A stretch of DNA of 64,000 nucleotides from a virus. A program made the translations under genes and the position numbers. Every line of letters begins with the position of its first letter. Positions within the stretch are counted from its first letter, which is position 1. The stretch covers positions 85,191-149,190 of IMG/VR virus record IMGVR_UViG_3300005613_002762. One strand, written 5' to 3'. Below are positions 10,645 through 20,298 of the stretch, piece by piece. The notes beneath the pieces were generated by a model. That model made no database searches. It was not told where the DNA came from and worked only from the letters and a program-made list of their open reading frames with translations.

Positions 10645-11322
10645 TTATTTTTTTCTTGGTTTATAACTTGTCATTACAGGTTTTTGACCTTTACCCCTTT
10701 GTGGATCTTTCTTTTCGGCAGTCCTTTTTTGTTGACAAGCCGATCTTTTTTGAGAATCCGACATTTTACTAGCAACGCCAGCAGCCCTACATTTTGGATA
10801 AGCACCTTTAGAAGTGTCGGATCTTCCACATGGGGGGTGTTTTCCGTCGACTTTTCTACAAATGTTAACCCAAGGACCTTTTGGTTGAGAAGATCCCTTA
10901 GGTTTCTTCTTTTTACCAAACCAAACTGCCAAGTCTTCATTTAGAATACCTTTATCACTTACCTCAACCCACTCATTAAATGGAACTTTTTGTAAAAATG
11001 GCGGAGTTTTTTTATACTTTATAGATCGATTAATATTTTTACCATCATTTTGGTGATGTTTGATGTAATCTTGTGCTTTGGCTGCTGTTCTTTCTAATTT
11101 AACAATTTGATTGTGTCTTAAACTTAAGTCATTATCGTAACTGTCATATTGAACTAAGGGACTTTTATAATCTGATACAGGTTGGTTAAAAGGTTCTAAA
11201 GAAGATTTTTCAAAGGGACGAAGACCAGGTTGTATTGGTGGTATATAACCCCCCCTACTACCACTAGCATCACTAGTTGCTTCTTTAATAACTCTTTTAA
11301 TTATCTTATTAAGTCTATCCAT
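10645..11322 (-). CDS. Leader-bearing protein with basic Cys module (WVNIC..PCGR..YPKCR)
   Basis: N-terminal 'LNKIIKRVIKE'; C-terminal module resembling DUF5872-type viral proteins. Confidence 0.6.
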   Translation of the reverse strand: MDRLNKIIKRVIKEATSDASGSRGGYIPPIQPGLRPFEKSSLEPFNQPVSDYKSPLVQYDSYDNDLSLRHNQIVKLERTAAKAQDYIKHHQNDGKNINRSIKYKKTPPFLQKVPFNEWVEVSDKGILNEDLAVWFGKKKKPKGSSQPKGPWVNICRKVDGKHPPCGRSDTSKGAYPKCRAAGVASKMSDSQKRSACQQKRTAEKKDPQRGKGQKPVMTSYKPRKK

Positions 11323-11357
11323 TTGATTATATATAATAAATATCTTATATTTTAAAT

Positions 11358-11567
11358 ATGGAACAAGAAAATGAAAAATATGGTAATCTATTTGGATCTA
11401 TAGATTTATTAAGTGAGGATCACCTTGAGATTATACTATCGACAATGGATTCTGAAACTGCATTATATTACATAATTGAATCGGTAAAATCTGCACATAG
11501 AAAAGGTGCTTATTCGATTGGTGAAACTGAAGTCATATCAAAGGCGATTAGGGTTTTAATTAAATAA
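11358..11567 (+). CDS. Hypothetical protein
   Basis: 69-aa ORF followed by a terminator. Confidence 0.55.
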   Translation: MEQENEKYGNLFGSIDLLSEDHLEIILSTMDSETALYYIIESVKSAHRKGAYSIGETEVISKAIRVLIK

Positions 11568-11593
11568 AAAAAGGGACAATTTCTTGTCCCTTT
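11566..11593. terminator. Bidirectional intrinsic terminator
   Basis: aaaaaaagggacaa-tttc-ttgtcccttt hairpin between convergent genes, downstream of the capsid gene. Confidence 0.7.
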
Positions 11594-11616
11594 AATGTTA
11601 TTCTTTAAGATTTTGA

Positions 11617-13533
11617 TTATCTCAATTCTCTTAAATCGAATGTTCTAACACCATCCACGGTAATTCTACCATAGAAGCGATTATTTACCATCTTTTTCGC
11701 GTATCTGGTCATAATACCTTTGATTGGCGTAAAGTTGAATGGGTTATACATTGTAGGTGTTAATTGTAGAGGAACATACGGTGCGTAAATGTAACCTGTG
11801 TCTAACAATGAAGTTCCTTTGTGTCCGATCAAAACTTGGTTTGGTGGGAAGTAAGGATCACGATAAACTTGGTAACGACCTGATAATGTTCCAACTCTTT
11901 CAATACCCATGTTGTATTGGTCTTGATCTGGAGCTGCGTTAGATACGTGGAAGTATTCTAAATCATCAAAGATAGCAGAAACCTCAGAAGATACAACGAT
12001 CCAGTTAGCACCACCTCTCAAAGTAGATTTGTGGATTTGTGCTGACAATTGGTTGATAGCTGTAATCAAAGTTTGGTTCCAGTCTTTTTGAGTGTAAGAT
12101 GTAGTAGCGTTAATTCTTCTCCATCCGTTGTAGTCCCAACGTAAGTTCCAAGCCGCACCTTTACGTAAGTCACGTAAAATTTCACGGTCGATCTCAGCTG
12201 CAACTTGCTCTGACAACAATGCTGTCAATTCAGCTTCAGCGTCGATGTTATGGAATGCAGCAACGTCTTGAGCTAATTCAGGAGACCATTGTGCTCTTAG
12301 TTTTCTTTCTGTAACAGATACAGTAACTGACTCAAGGTCAAAAGAAACTTCACCGATCTCATCTTCGAACTCAAGGTTAGCATATCTTCTATAATAAGCC
12401 GTAAAAGAAGTTCCTGATGCACCTGAAACAATAGTTGTTCCTGTGTAACCATCTAATGATGTTGAGTTACAATCTGCACATACTGGACAAGATAAATCAA
12501 CTTCTAAATAGATACAACCTTGTTGATCACAAATATCATTGTAACTTCCACCGTTACCCGTAGTAGTTCCATTGGCACTACCTGAGTTACCGAATACAGT
12601 TGCTGTATTTGTAGAGGTTGGTTGAACAATTCCTTTTCCGTAGATTTGAGTTACAACTCTAAATAACAATGGTAAGTATTGTCCTGCGGCATTTTGAATA
12701 ACGTCACATGGTGTTGTAGATACATCTAATCCAGCTCCACCATATATTCTAAGATCCGAAAGGAAAGATTCTGTATCCATTTCATTACCATCAGGTCCGA
12801 TTAGTTTTCCAACACCTGCGTTTGCAAAACCACAAAGTTTAACAATTACTTTTCTTGTATTTCCTGAAGGAATTAATGCCCCGCCAGCCGGTGTTCCAGC
12901 TGCAATACTTGCATCAACAAGAGCTGAACCTGCCCATGCTTGTATAAGTGTGTTTGCTGTAACTGCGGTAAACTTACCTTTAGAATAGTCAAACAATCCT
13001 GGAGGATCTAGACTAGCCTCATTTCCTTCATAAAATAAATCATAAAGATTTTTTTGGTAAGGGTATCCGGTGTTATAACCTTGGTTAGGATCATCTTGAC
13101 CTGAATTTACAGCTTCAGGAGAACCAATTGGTGGATAATGTTCACCACCTGTTGGGTTGTTAGGGAAGTTAGCAACTGACCCTGCGTTTTGATAACCTTG
13201 AATTTTAGGTACGAAGTAGAACAATTTACCGATTGGTAAGTTCATAGCTTGTACTGATACGATATCGTTAGCCAACAATTTAGAGAATACACGTCTTACG
13301 ATTGGGAAAACAACAGTTTCGAATGCTCCGTTAGAAGATCCGTCAGAAGTTGCTTCGTTAATTAAGTAAGATGCTTGGTTTTCGTACAATTGTGCTACGT
13401 TTTCTTTTAAGTGACCTCTTAGACCATCTAAAAAGCCTAATTTGTCCCATTTGTTGATTGTGTCTTCTTTGATAACTTTAAGGTGCTTAAGACCGATGTT
13501 ACCAACTAGACCTGATTCTAATAATGCTCCCAT
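11617..13533 (-). CDS. Major capsid protein (T4 gp23-like)
   Basis: 'PIVRRVF', 'VQAMNLPIGKLFY', 'RKLRAQWSPELAQDVAAFHNIDAEAELTALLSEQVAAEIDREIL', 'YAPYVPL', 'PIKGIMTRY'. Confidence 0.97.
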   Translation of the reverse strand: MGALLESGLVGNIGLKHLKVIKEDTINKWDKLGFLDGLRGHLKENVAQLYENQASYLINEATSDGSSNGAFETVVFPIVRRVFSKLLANDIVSVQAMNLPIGKLFYFVPKIQGYQNAGSVANFPNNPTGGEHYPPIGSPEAVNSGQDDPNQGYNTGYPYQKNLYDLFYEGNEASLDPPGLFDYSKGKFTAVTANTLIQAWAGSALVDASIAAGTPAGGALIPSGNTRKVIVKLCGFANAGVGKLIGPDGNEMDTESFLSDLRIYGGAGLDVSTTPCDVIQNAAGQYLPLLFRVVTQIYGKGIVQPTSTNTATVFGNSGSANGTTTGNGGSYNDICDQQGCIYLEVDLSCPVCADCNSTSLDGYTGTTIVSGASGTSFTAYYRRYANLEFEDEIGEVSFDLESVTVSVTERKLRAQWSPELAQDVAAFHNIDAEAELTALLSEQVAAEIDREILRDLRKGAAWNLRWDYNGWRRINATTSYTQKDWNQTLITAINQLSAQIHKSTLRGGANWIVVSSEVSAIFDDLEYFHVSNAAPDQDQYNMGIERVGTLSGRYQVYRDPYFPPNQVLIGHKGTSLLDTGYIYAPYVPLQLTPTMYNPFNFTPIKGIMTRYAKKMVNNRFYGRITVDGVRTFDLRELR

Positions 13534-13566
13534 TTTTTTTGAGTTTTTATTAATTTATGTTTATGT

Positions 13567-15072
13567 TTATTTTAACTTTGTCATCAAATCCTTCATTCTC
13601 ATGAATTGAGGATTCTCATAAGTTTTTGATTCAATCAAATTCACTGCCGATCCTGTTGATACGGTTTTAACTGTTCTTTCAATTGATTCGTTAATTTTGT
13701 TTTCCACATTTGAACCTGAATTCAATTCATTTTTGATGGCTCTATATAGATTTTTTGATTCTTTCAAAGATTCAACATTATCAAATCTTTTAAGAATATT
13801 TATTTTTTCTTGTTTTGTTGTTGAGTGTTCTGTAAAAAGTCTAGTAGCGTAAGCTAAGTTTGAATTAAACACGGCAACCTCATTCAACTTAGTTCTAAAA
13901 ACGTCGAGTGCTTGTTTGTATTCTTCGTTTTTCTCTCTTAACAAATTAACTTCGTTAATTGATGATTCAGAAAGTTTGAATGGATTGAATTCCATATTTC
14001 TGTTATTCAATCTTGCTTTTCTTAAACCTCTACTACCATTTTTTGATCCATTACCGTAAGTTCTTGAAGCTTCTTTCGTCTCAACTTTTTTCATAGATTC
14101 TTTTTTCATATTCACACCCTCTTTATATTCAAATTTGGCTTTACCTGTACCCATCGCTTTGATACCTTTTTTGAACGCTGGTGGTTGTTTTTTTACAGGT
14201 AAGTTTTGGTTAGGTTTTTTGTCGTAATTGAATTTTGGACCTCTTCTTGACTCAAGACCTTTAGATTTCATAGATTTTTTTGACTCGTAAAGATCTTCTT
14301 CTAGTTCATCGGCGTATGGATCACTTTCTTCGTCAAATTCAGAATACATACCTTCTTCTAAATCTTCCTCATAAACTTCCATACCATGAATTGACATGTC
14401 GTCTTCTTCTTCCATTTCAATTTCGTAAACAACTTTATCTTCCATGTCATCCTCTTCACTAAGACCAAGACCTCCTTCGACAGCACCCATTGCGGCACCA
14501 CCCCAAGACCATTCTTCATCTATTTCACCCATGTCTTCCATGTCGTCGCCTTCTTCTTCTTCCATTTCAATTTCATACATTGTTTCGGTCACATCTTCTT
14601 GAGATTCTCCCAACTGAATCATGTATTCGTTATCATCGTCAGTTAAGTGAATATATTCACCTTCTTTTTTAACGATAATACCGTCTTCATCACCCATTGC
14701 TTTGAATACTCGAAGAACTTCTTCGTCTGATGCTCCTGTCATGTCGATAGTTTCCTCATCGTCCATTGACATTTCATCGTCATCCATAGCCATTTCCTCA
14801 TCGTCCATTTCCATGTCTTCATCATCCATTGTCATGTCTTCATCATCCATTGTCATGTCTTCATCATCCATTGTCATGTCCTCGTCGTCCATTGCCATGT
14901 CTTCATCACTAACCTCTTCGTCTTCTTGTTCTTTAAGAGATTCTTTTACTAATTGTCTGATTTCTTCACTCATTGTAGACTGAAGTATTCCTTTTGCATT
15001 CTCTTGTAGAGTCTCTTCCAAATTTCTGATTTGGAATAGAGCTTCTTCTACTACGTTTTTGTTATTTGTCAT
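13567..15072 (-). CDS. Prohead core/scaffold protein (gp22-like), very acidic
   Basis: Sits between protease and capsid genes; E/D/M-rich; many (L/I)xE sites. Likely start MTNNKN at 15072, just after TATTTAT. Confidence 0.75.
   Translation of the reverse strand: MTNNKNVVEEALFQIRNLEETLQENAKGILQSTMSEEIRQLVKESLKEQEDEEVSDEDMAMDDEDMTMDDEDMTMDDEDMTMDDEDMEMDDEEMAMDDDEMSMDDEETIDMTGASDEEVLRVFKAMGDEDGIIVKKEGEYIHLTDDDNEYMIQLGESQEDVTETMYEIEMEEEEGDDMEDMGEIDEEWSWGGAAMGAVEGGLGLSEEDDMEDKVVYEIEMEEEDDMSIHGMEVYEEDLEEGMYSEFDEESDPYADELEEDLYESKKSMKSKGLESRRGPKFNYDKKPNQNLPVKKQPPAFKKGIKAMGTGKAKFEYKEGVNMKKESMKKVETKEASRTYGNGSKNGSRGLRKARLNNRNMEFNPFKLSESSINEVNLLREKNEEYKQALDVFRTKLNEVAVFNSNLAYATRLFTEHSTTKQEKINILKRFDNVESLKESKNLYRAIKNELNSGSNVENKINESIERTVKTVSTGSAVNLIESKTYENPQFMRMKDLMTKLK
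14755..14905 (-). repeat. 21-bp tandem coding repeat (MDDEDMT)n, ~7 copies
   Basis: catccattgtcatgtcttcat units inside the scaffold gene. Confidence 0.85.
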
Positions 15073-15145
15073 ACTTTTTATAAAATATTTTCTAATAAAT
15101 ATCATAGAAAACGAAAAAAGTTCTATTTTTGAATATAAAAGCACA

Positions 15146-15180
15146 AAAAAAAGGGAAAAGACCTAAATCATTTCCCTTTT
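15146..15180. terminator. Intrinsic terminator
   Basis: aaaaaaagggaaa...tttccctttt inverted repeat. Confidence 0.55.
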
Positions 15181-15201
15181 ATTAGAGTTATTGTGTTTGG
15201 T

Positions 15202-15414
15202 TTACCCTTCGATTACCTCATCAATTTTCGATTCAACAATTGCAGTGATTCTCCAATCCATAGAATAGTTCTCATAAACCTTTGTTACTTTTGCTTCAAC
15301 ATCGGTAGGTGAATACCCTCTAACCAATTTTTCTTCTCTCATTTTTTTTATCTTTCCTGTGTTCTCATCAACCATATCAGTTGTGATTCTTGCTATAAAA
15401 TACTTTTCGTCCAT
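15202..15414 (-). CDS. DUF4494-like protein (Bacteroidota family)
   Basis: 'YFIARI...ENTGKIKKMREEKLVRGYSPTDVEAKV...WRITAIVESKI' pattern. Confidence 0.65.
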   Translation of the reverse strand: MDEKYFIARITTDMVDENTGKIKKMREEKLVRGYSPTDVEAKVTKVYENYSMDWRITAIVESKIDEVIEG

Positions 15415-15424
15415 AATTATTTTT

Positions 15425-16153
15425 TTATTTATTCAAATAATCGGATAATCTATTCATTAAGTCAAGCGATTTTGAACCAGTTTCGCCAACATGTCTTTCG
15501 GCATTCATTTTTTTCTCTTCATCTAAGTTTTCTTCAAATTGTGATCTATCTTCTTTATTTGAAAATAAATAAGCCCCTGGCGTAGATGGCGATGATACTA
15601 AGTCAAAACAAATTAATTCAAAATCATCCTGAACTTCATTTTGTTCACCAACCTTTTTAAGTGACCCAACACCACGAGAAGAAATACCCAATGTAACTCC
15701 TTGACGAAGGTAGTTTGCAGCTAAATCACCTTTTGTTGAAACGATCCCTCTTTCATGAAAACCAGGTGATGTAAGTAATTTTAATTTACCTAACAATACA
15801 GGACCCTCCCACCATATATCAGTGATTGCGTGTGATACTCTATCTAAATCAATTAAAGAAGACTCAGGGTGGTTTAACTCAGATAGAGCGGTTCCTTTTT
15901 GAATCATTTTTTTATAGTTTTCTGATTCGCGCTTTAATATCTTTTCGGGATATATTCTACCATTTCTATTTGGTGTGTTATATTTTTGAAGAACCGCATA
16001 AAACTCAAATGGTTTAGAATGGTCTAACATATCACGATTTTCTCTAATCATTGATAAGTTTCTTCTTTCATTTGGGTCAATATATCCAGCATCATACTCA
16101 ACAAGTATTCCCTTACCAATCTCTCTTGGTCCTAATATTTTTAAATTTTCCAT
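15425..16153 (-). CDS. Prohead core protease (T4 gp21-like)
   Basis: 'NRNGRIYP', 'ELNHPE', 'VSHAI', 'GISSRGVGSL', 'FDLVSSPSTPGAY'. Confidence 0.95.
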   Translation of the reverse strand: MENLKILGPREIGKGILVEYDAGYIDPNERRNLSMIRENRDMLDHSKPFEFYAVLQKYNTPNRNGRIYPEKILKRESENYKKMIQKGTALSELNHPESSLIDLDRVSHAITDIWWEGPVLLGKLKLLTSPGFHERGIVSTKGDLAANYLRQGVTLGISSRGVGSLKKVGEQNEVQDDFELICFDLVSSPSTPGAYLFSNKEDRSQFEENLDEEKKMNAERHVGETGSKSLDLMNRLSDYLNK

Positions 16154-16174
16154 TTAGTATTTTCTATATAAATA

Positions 16175-16642
16175 TTAAATAGTTTCGGTTTCTTTTTTTA
16201 TTGGTTTTTGATTTCCGTTTTTTGTTAGATAAAATTTGAAATATTTGTTCTTATTCATTACATCACCATAAACTGACTTGATTAAATTTTTTACATATTT
16301 TTTTAATTTTGGTGATTTAAAATCCATAGGTTCTAAAACGAACAAATTTATTTCTAAATTCATAAAGGATTTTTTATTGAGTTGAAGTCCGCTTGTTCTA
16401 AGGTCTAAATCAACAATAAACTTTGTATCGAAGACTTCTTTATTTATGTTTTCTAAAACTGTGTGTTTAACTGATCGTGTCATGTTTAAAACAACTCGAT
16501 TCCAATTTTCTATATCATCTTTGGGTTCAACCCAACTTTGAATATTTATAAAAATTGATTTTAAATTTGTGGAATCGATTGTTCCATAATGAGATTTGAA
16601 TGTTCTATAACCACTCAATTTAATTGTTTTTCCTTTTTTCAT
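16175..16642 (-). CDS. Hypothetical protein
   Basis: 155-aa ORF in the head module. Confidence 0.65.
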   Translation of the reverse strand: MKKGKTIKLSGYRTFKSHYGTIDSTNLKSIFINIQSWVEPKDDIENWNRVVLNMTRSVKHTVLENINKEVFDTKFIVDLDLRTSGLQLNKKSFMNLEINLFVLEPMDFKSPKLKKYVKNLIKSVYGDVMNKNKYFKFYLTKNGNQKPIKKETETI

Positions 16643-16722
16643 AGATTTTTTTCATACCTGAACTGTTTATTTTGGTATAATTGTAGACAAATATTATATT
16701 TATATCAACAAACGAAAAAAAT

Positions 16723-16911
16723 ATGTTAAAAGTAGAAGTTAAAAAAGGTAATATCGAAAAAGCTTTAAAAGAACTTAAGGGTAAGGTTATTAAAACAAAA
16801 CAAAATGCGATTCTTTTTGATCGAAAAGAATTCACTAAACCGTCAATCACTAAACGTGAGGAAAATAAAAAGGCGGTCTATATTCAAAAAGTTAGATCTA
16901 AAAAAGATTAA
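16723..16911 (+). CDS. rpsU: Phage-encoded ribosomal protein bS21
   Basis: 'MLKVEVKKGNIEKALKELK...RKEFTKPSITKRE...KKAVYIQ' matches bS21; lies antisense between portal and protease genes. Confidence 0.88.
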   Translation: MLKVEVKKGNIEKALKELKGKVIKTKQNAILFDRKEFTKPSITKREENKKAVYIQKVRSKKD

Positions 16912-17621
16912 AGACCCTCGTTAAGTTGTTTTAATTTGTAGTAATTCAGTTCTGAAAATGATTCCGTCTGCAATTTATTTAAAACTTGGTCTATTGTTGA
17001 TATTGTGTCAGAATCAGACTCGTTATTTTTTTGTTTTGTCAATTTAGAAATAACATTTTCTTTTTCTATGTTATAACTTTCAATCAAGGTTTCCTTTGGT
17101 TTTGACAAAATAGTTTTCAATTCTTTTCGTTCTGATTCCGTTAAAGAGGCTATGTATTTATCTATTGTTTTGTTTGCAACATTAACCATAGATTTTAAAG
17201 GAACTTTGATAATTTCTTTTTGATCTTCTTTTTTGGTTTTTAGATTTTCTAAAATAACTTTTTTACTTTTAATCTTATTTTCTAACGTTAAAACATTTGT
17301 GGAGAATAAGTTGTCAATTTCTTGATATTTGTTTTCACAAACAACATGACCAACCCAAGCGTTAAGTTCTTGAATGTGAACAGGTTTTACCTTATTAATT
17401 AAATTTTCGTAAGCTGTAATTGATTCATGAATGAATTCATTTGCAACAGATTCATTTAATCCTTTTTGATCTTTAAGTTCATCATATAAGAAAAATATTT
17501 TTGATATATTCTTATTTTTCAATACCAATTCTTCAAAAACAAATAAACTTGATTTGAATCTATTTTCTTTATACGACTCAGATAAATAAGTCTCTATTTT
17601 TGATTTTATTTCTCCAAACAT
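16908..17621 (-). CDS. Hypothetical protein, probably head-associated
   Basis: 237 aa; downstream of portal; TATTTAT upstream. Confidence 0.6.
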   Translation of the reverse strand: MFGEIKSKIETYLSESYKENRFKSSLFVFEELVLKNKNISKIFFLYDELKDQKGLNESVANEFIHESITAYENLINKVKPVHIQELNAWVGHVVCENKYQEIDNLFSTNVLTLENKIKSKKVILENLKTKKEDQKEIIKVPLKSMVNVANKTIDKYIASLTESERKELKTILSKPKETLIESYNIEKENVISKLTKQKNNESDSDTISTIDQVLNKLQTESFSELNYYKLKQLNEGL

Positions 17622-17671
17622 TTTTTTCTAATTTAATAATAAATATCAACTAATTTTGTTTAAGAAAATAA

Positions 17672-19465
17672 TTAATCATTTATCAATTTATTTAATCGAT
17701 CTTCAAGATCACCCAGAGAACCATTTATCTTTTGAAAATCTAAAAATTCATCTTCATCAAAATCATCATTCATTGATTCCAATATTAATTTACTTTTATC
17801 TTTTTTATATGATTCAGGAATTGGTGGTTCTCCTCCTGCCGGTGGCGGTGGTGCTCCTCCTTCTGCAGGTGCTCCTCCTTCTGCAGGTGCTCCTGCACTT
17901 AATGTTCCACCTGTTACAGGTTTGTATAACTTATCAACAGTATCAAAAATACCTGTTTTAGTGATTATAGTTGCAGTATTATCAAGTTCGGCTGAAACTG
18001 CTCGTTCCATTCTAATTTGTTGAAGTTCAAGTTTAATTTCATCATCAGAAAACCCAAATATATGTTTTTTCGCCCATGTGGCTGATGTTGGTTGAATTGA
18101 TTTTGCAATCTCTGTAACCATATCTTTATATAACGTAACTTTTTCTTTCCATACATCGATCATCAATAAATCAGCTTGTTTCGATGGGTTTGTAAGTTGT
18201 AAAGTAAAGTTAGACAACTCATCCTCGAATCCCATTAAAAATAAGTGAATGATTGCAATTTTATTCATTTCAGATAATGCCGATTTTTGAATTCTATTGA
18301 TAGTTCTTGCAAATCTAATATCTAACAACGACAAGTTTTTACCATCACCAACAGGTTCCTCAAATCCTAAATAAGCTTTAGGTATTCTAAGTGCTGTAAC
18401 CAATTTCTTTTGGATATATTCAATATCGGCAATTTCAGATAAATTAGTTCCACCTGGTAAAGTATCAATTGGACTTCCTTGAGCGGCATCACGAACAGGA
18501 ATAAAGTAATCTTGATCTACCGCCATTTGATTAAATCTCAAATCCACATTTCCTGTGTTTTTATCAACAACTTGATCTCTTTTGAATTTGTTGGCGACCC
18601 TTTGAACGTAAGCTTCAACATCTTTATCATCCATATTACCAACAAACACTTTAAACACCCTTCTTTCAGGAGCTCTTGATGTTCGATAAATTAACATCGC
18701 ATCTTCTGCCAAAACTAATTGTTTCCAAATACGACGAGCTTTTTCTAACATTGACGTTCCATAAGGAAGTTTTCTATCATCACCCAATAATCTAAAGTGG
18801 GCAACTTCCCATGTGTTAAATTCTGCGTCTCTTGCTTTCCATACAAATTTTAACGCCTTTCTATTTAGATTTATCGTTGACTGAAATGTTCTTGAGTCAA
18901 TACCTCTTTCTAATCGTTCGATTTCTATATTCGGTAATTGTAAACAACCAGTAACACCTTTTTCAGGATCCAATTTTAAATAAACAAAATTATCACCATA
19001 CTTACACATGTTTCTAATCCACATTGGTAAATTGGTGTTAATATCTAATATGTTCACAAATAAATCTACAAGAATACTTTTAATTCTTTTTGATTCTGAA
19101 TATACTTGTAATACATATCCGTCTTGATTTGGTGTTGTTGATTCTTCTGCATATATGTCTAATGCCGTTGAGATCTCAGGGGTATATTCCATAGATTCGT
19201 AGTCATAAAATGCCGCCAACCTTGTTGGTTCATAATATATTGCCTGAGTATAAAGATTATTTTCAACTTTAGCCCAATTTGTGCTTAAATAAAGGGATTG
19301 TTGATTTTGTAATTTAGCCCTTTCATATTCGGCCTTATCTTGTGTTTTTAAAAGTTCTGATTTATCTAACTTATAATCTGGTTGACCTTGACCTAATGTT
19401 GAATTAGGACCAAAGGTCTTTGATAACTTCTGCCAAACTGTTAGATTTTGATTATTATTTTCCAT
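17672..19465 (-). CDS. Portal protein (T4 gp20-like)
   Basis: 'YESMEYTPEISTALDIYAEE', 'LAEDAMLIYRTSRAPERRVFKVFVGN', 'DYFIPVR', 'IDTLPGGTNL', 'ALRIPKAYL', 'DIRFARTINRIQ'. Confidence 0.96.
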   Translation of the reverse strand: MENNNQNLTVWQKLSKTFGPNSTLGQGQPDYKLDKSELLKTQDKAEYERAKLQNQQSLYLSTNWAKVENNLYTQAIYYEPTRLAAFYDYESMEYTPEISTALDIYAEESTTPNQDGYVLQVYSESKRIKSILVDLFVNILDINTNLPMWIRNMCKYGDNFVYLKLDPEKGVTGCLQLPNIEIERLERGIDSRTFQSTINLNRKALKFVWKARDAEFNTWEVAHFRLLGDDRKLPYGTSMLEKARRIWKQLVLAEDAMLIYRTSRAPERRVFKVFVGNMDDKDVEAYVQRVANKFKRDQVVDKNTGNVDLRFNQMAVDQDYFIPVRDAAQGSPIDTLPGGTNLSEIADIEYIQKKLVTALRIPKAYLGFEEPVGDGKNLSLLDIRFARTINRIQKSALSEMNKIAIIHLFLMGFEDELSNFTLQLTNPSKQADLLMIDVWKEKVTLYKDMVTEIAKSIQPTSATWAKKHIFGFSDDEIKLELQQIRMERAVSAELDNTATIITKTGIFDTVDKLYKPVTGGTLSAGAPAEGGAPAEGGAPPPPAGGEPPIPESYKKDKSKLILESMNDDFDEDEFLDFQKINGSLGDLEDRLNKLIND

Positions 19466-19513
19466 ATTAATAATTTAACTATAGATATAAATATTTCAAT
19501 AGTTATTTAATGA

Positions 19514-20293
19514 TTATGGTGCAGGTGCGGTATTTAATGGACTATTAACTCTCATTTTTAAACTAAATGTTATAGGACCACCACCATAACCATATGCTGT
19601 TGTAAAATATGGGGTGGCTGGTGGAGACACACAAGGATCTACCCCATTGGCCAATGATGATGTTTCAAAAACTAATGTGTCATCACCACTTCTAACTTGA
19701 ATATACACCGATTGACCAGTTAGTAAACCAATTTGACCAAATGATGTATATGAATTACATTGAGCAGGTATTTGAGAACTACCTAATTTAGTCCACGTTA
19801 ATCCTGGTGGATATGGTTGAGTTGGGTTAAATGGACCCACAATATAAGAATACCACACCGAACAATTTGTATTTGTCAATGGAGACTGAAGAGCTAACTC
19901 AATAGGTAAATAAGCATCATAATTTGGACTTGGTGTTGGGGTTGGTGTGCTCGTAGGTGTGTTGGTTGGAGTGTTCGTAGGTGTTACTGTAGGTGTGTTG
20001 GTCGGTGTGTTAGTTGGTGTGTTGGTTGGTGTATTAGTTGGTGTTTGTGATGGTTGAAATGTTGGTGTAGGGGTTGGTGTATTCGTTGGTGTAGGGGTTG
20101 GTGTTGAAGTTGGAGTTGGGGTCGGAGTTAAAAACGGTAAAATTTGTTCCAATATATCATTATCTCTTGGTGCAGACACCTTGAATCTAAAAGTGGGTGA
20201 AAACACTTTTTGACCTGTTGTTGGTTGTCCATCAACAATAAGTCTTGATCCATTTGCAATTCTTCCCGTTCTTTTTCTAAAATCTAATCCCAT
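19514..20293 (-). CDS. PT/TPTN-repeat (mucin-like) protein, probably virion surface
   Basis: ~65-aa TPTPTNTPT tract between N- and C-terminal domains. Confidence 0.65.
   Translation of the reverse strand: MGLDFRKRTGRIANGSRLIVDGQPTTGQKVFSPTFRFKVSAPRDNDILEQILPFLTPTPTPTSTPTPTPTNTPTPTPTFQPSQTPTNTPTNTPTNTPTNTPTVTPTNTPTNTPTSTPTPTPSPNYDAYLPIELALQSPLTNTNCSVWYSYIVGPFNPTQPYPPGLTWTKLGSSQIPAQCNSYTSFGQIGLLTGQSVYIQVRSGDDTLVFETSSLANGVDPCVSPPATPYFTTAYGYGGGPITFSLKMRVNSPLNTAPAP
19926..20129 (-). repeat. Low-complexity Thr-Pro coding repeat
   Basis: ggtgt/gttggt-rich tract encoding (TP/TPTN)n. Confidence 0.85.
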
Positions 20294-20298
20294 ATTAT

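Noticed and set aside
14280-14983. Plus-strand ORFs (Ser-rich etc.) over the scaffold gene
   Set aside because: Antisense shadows of the acidic repeats
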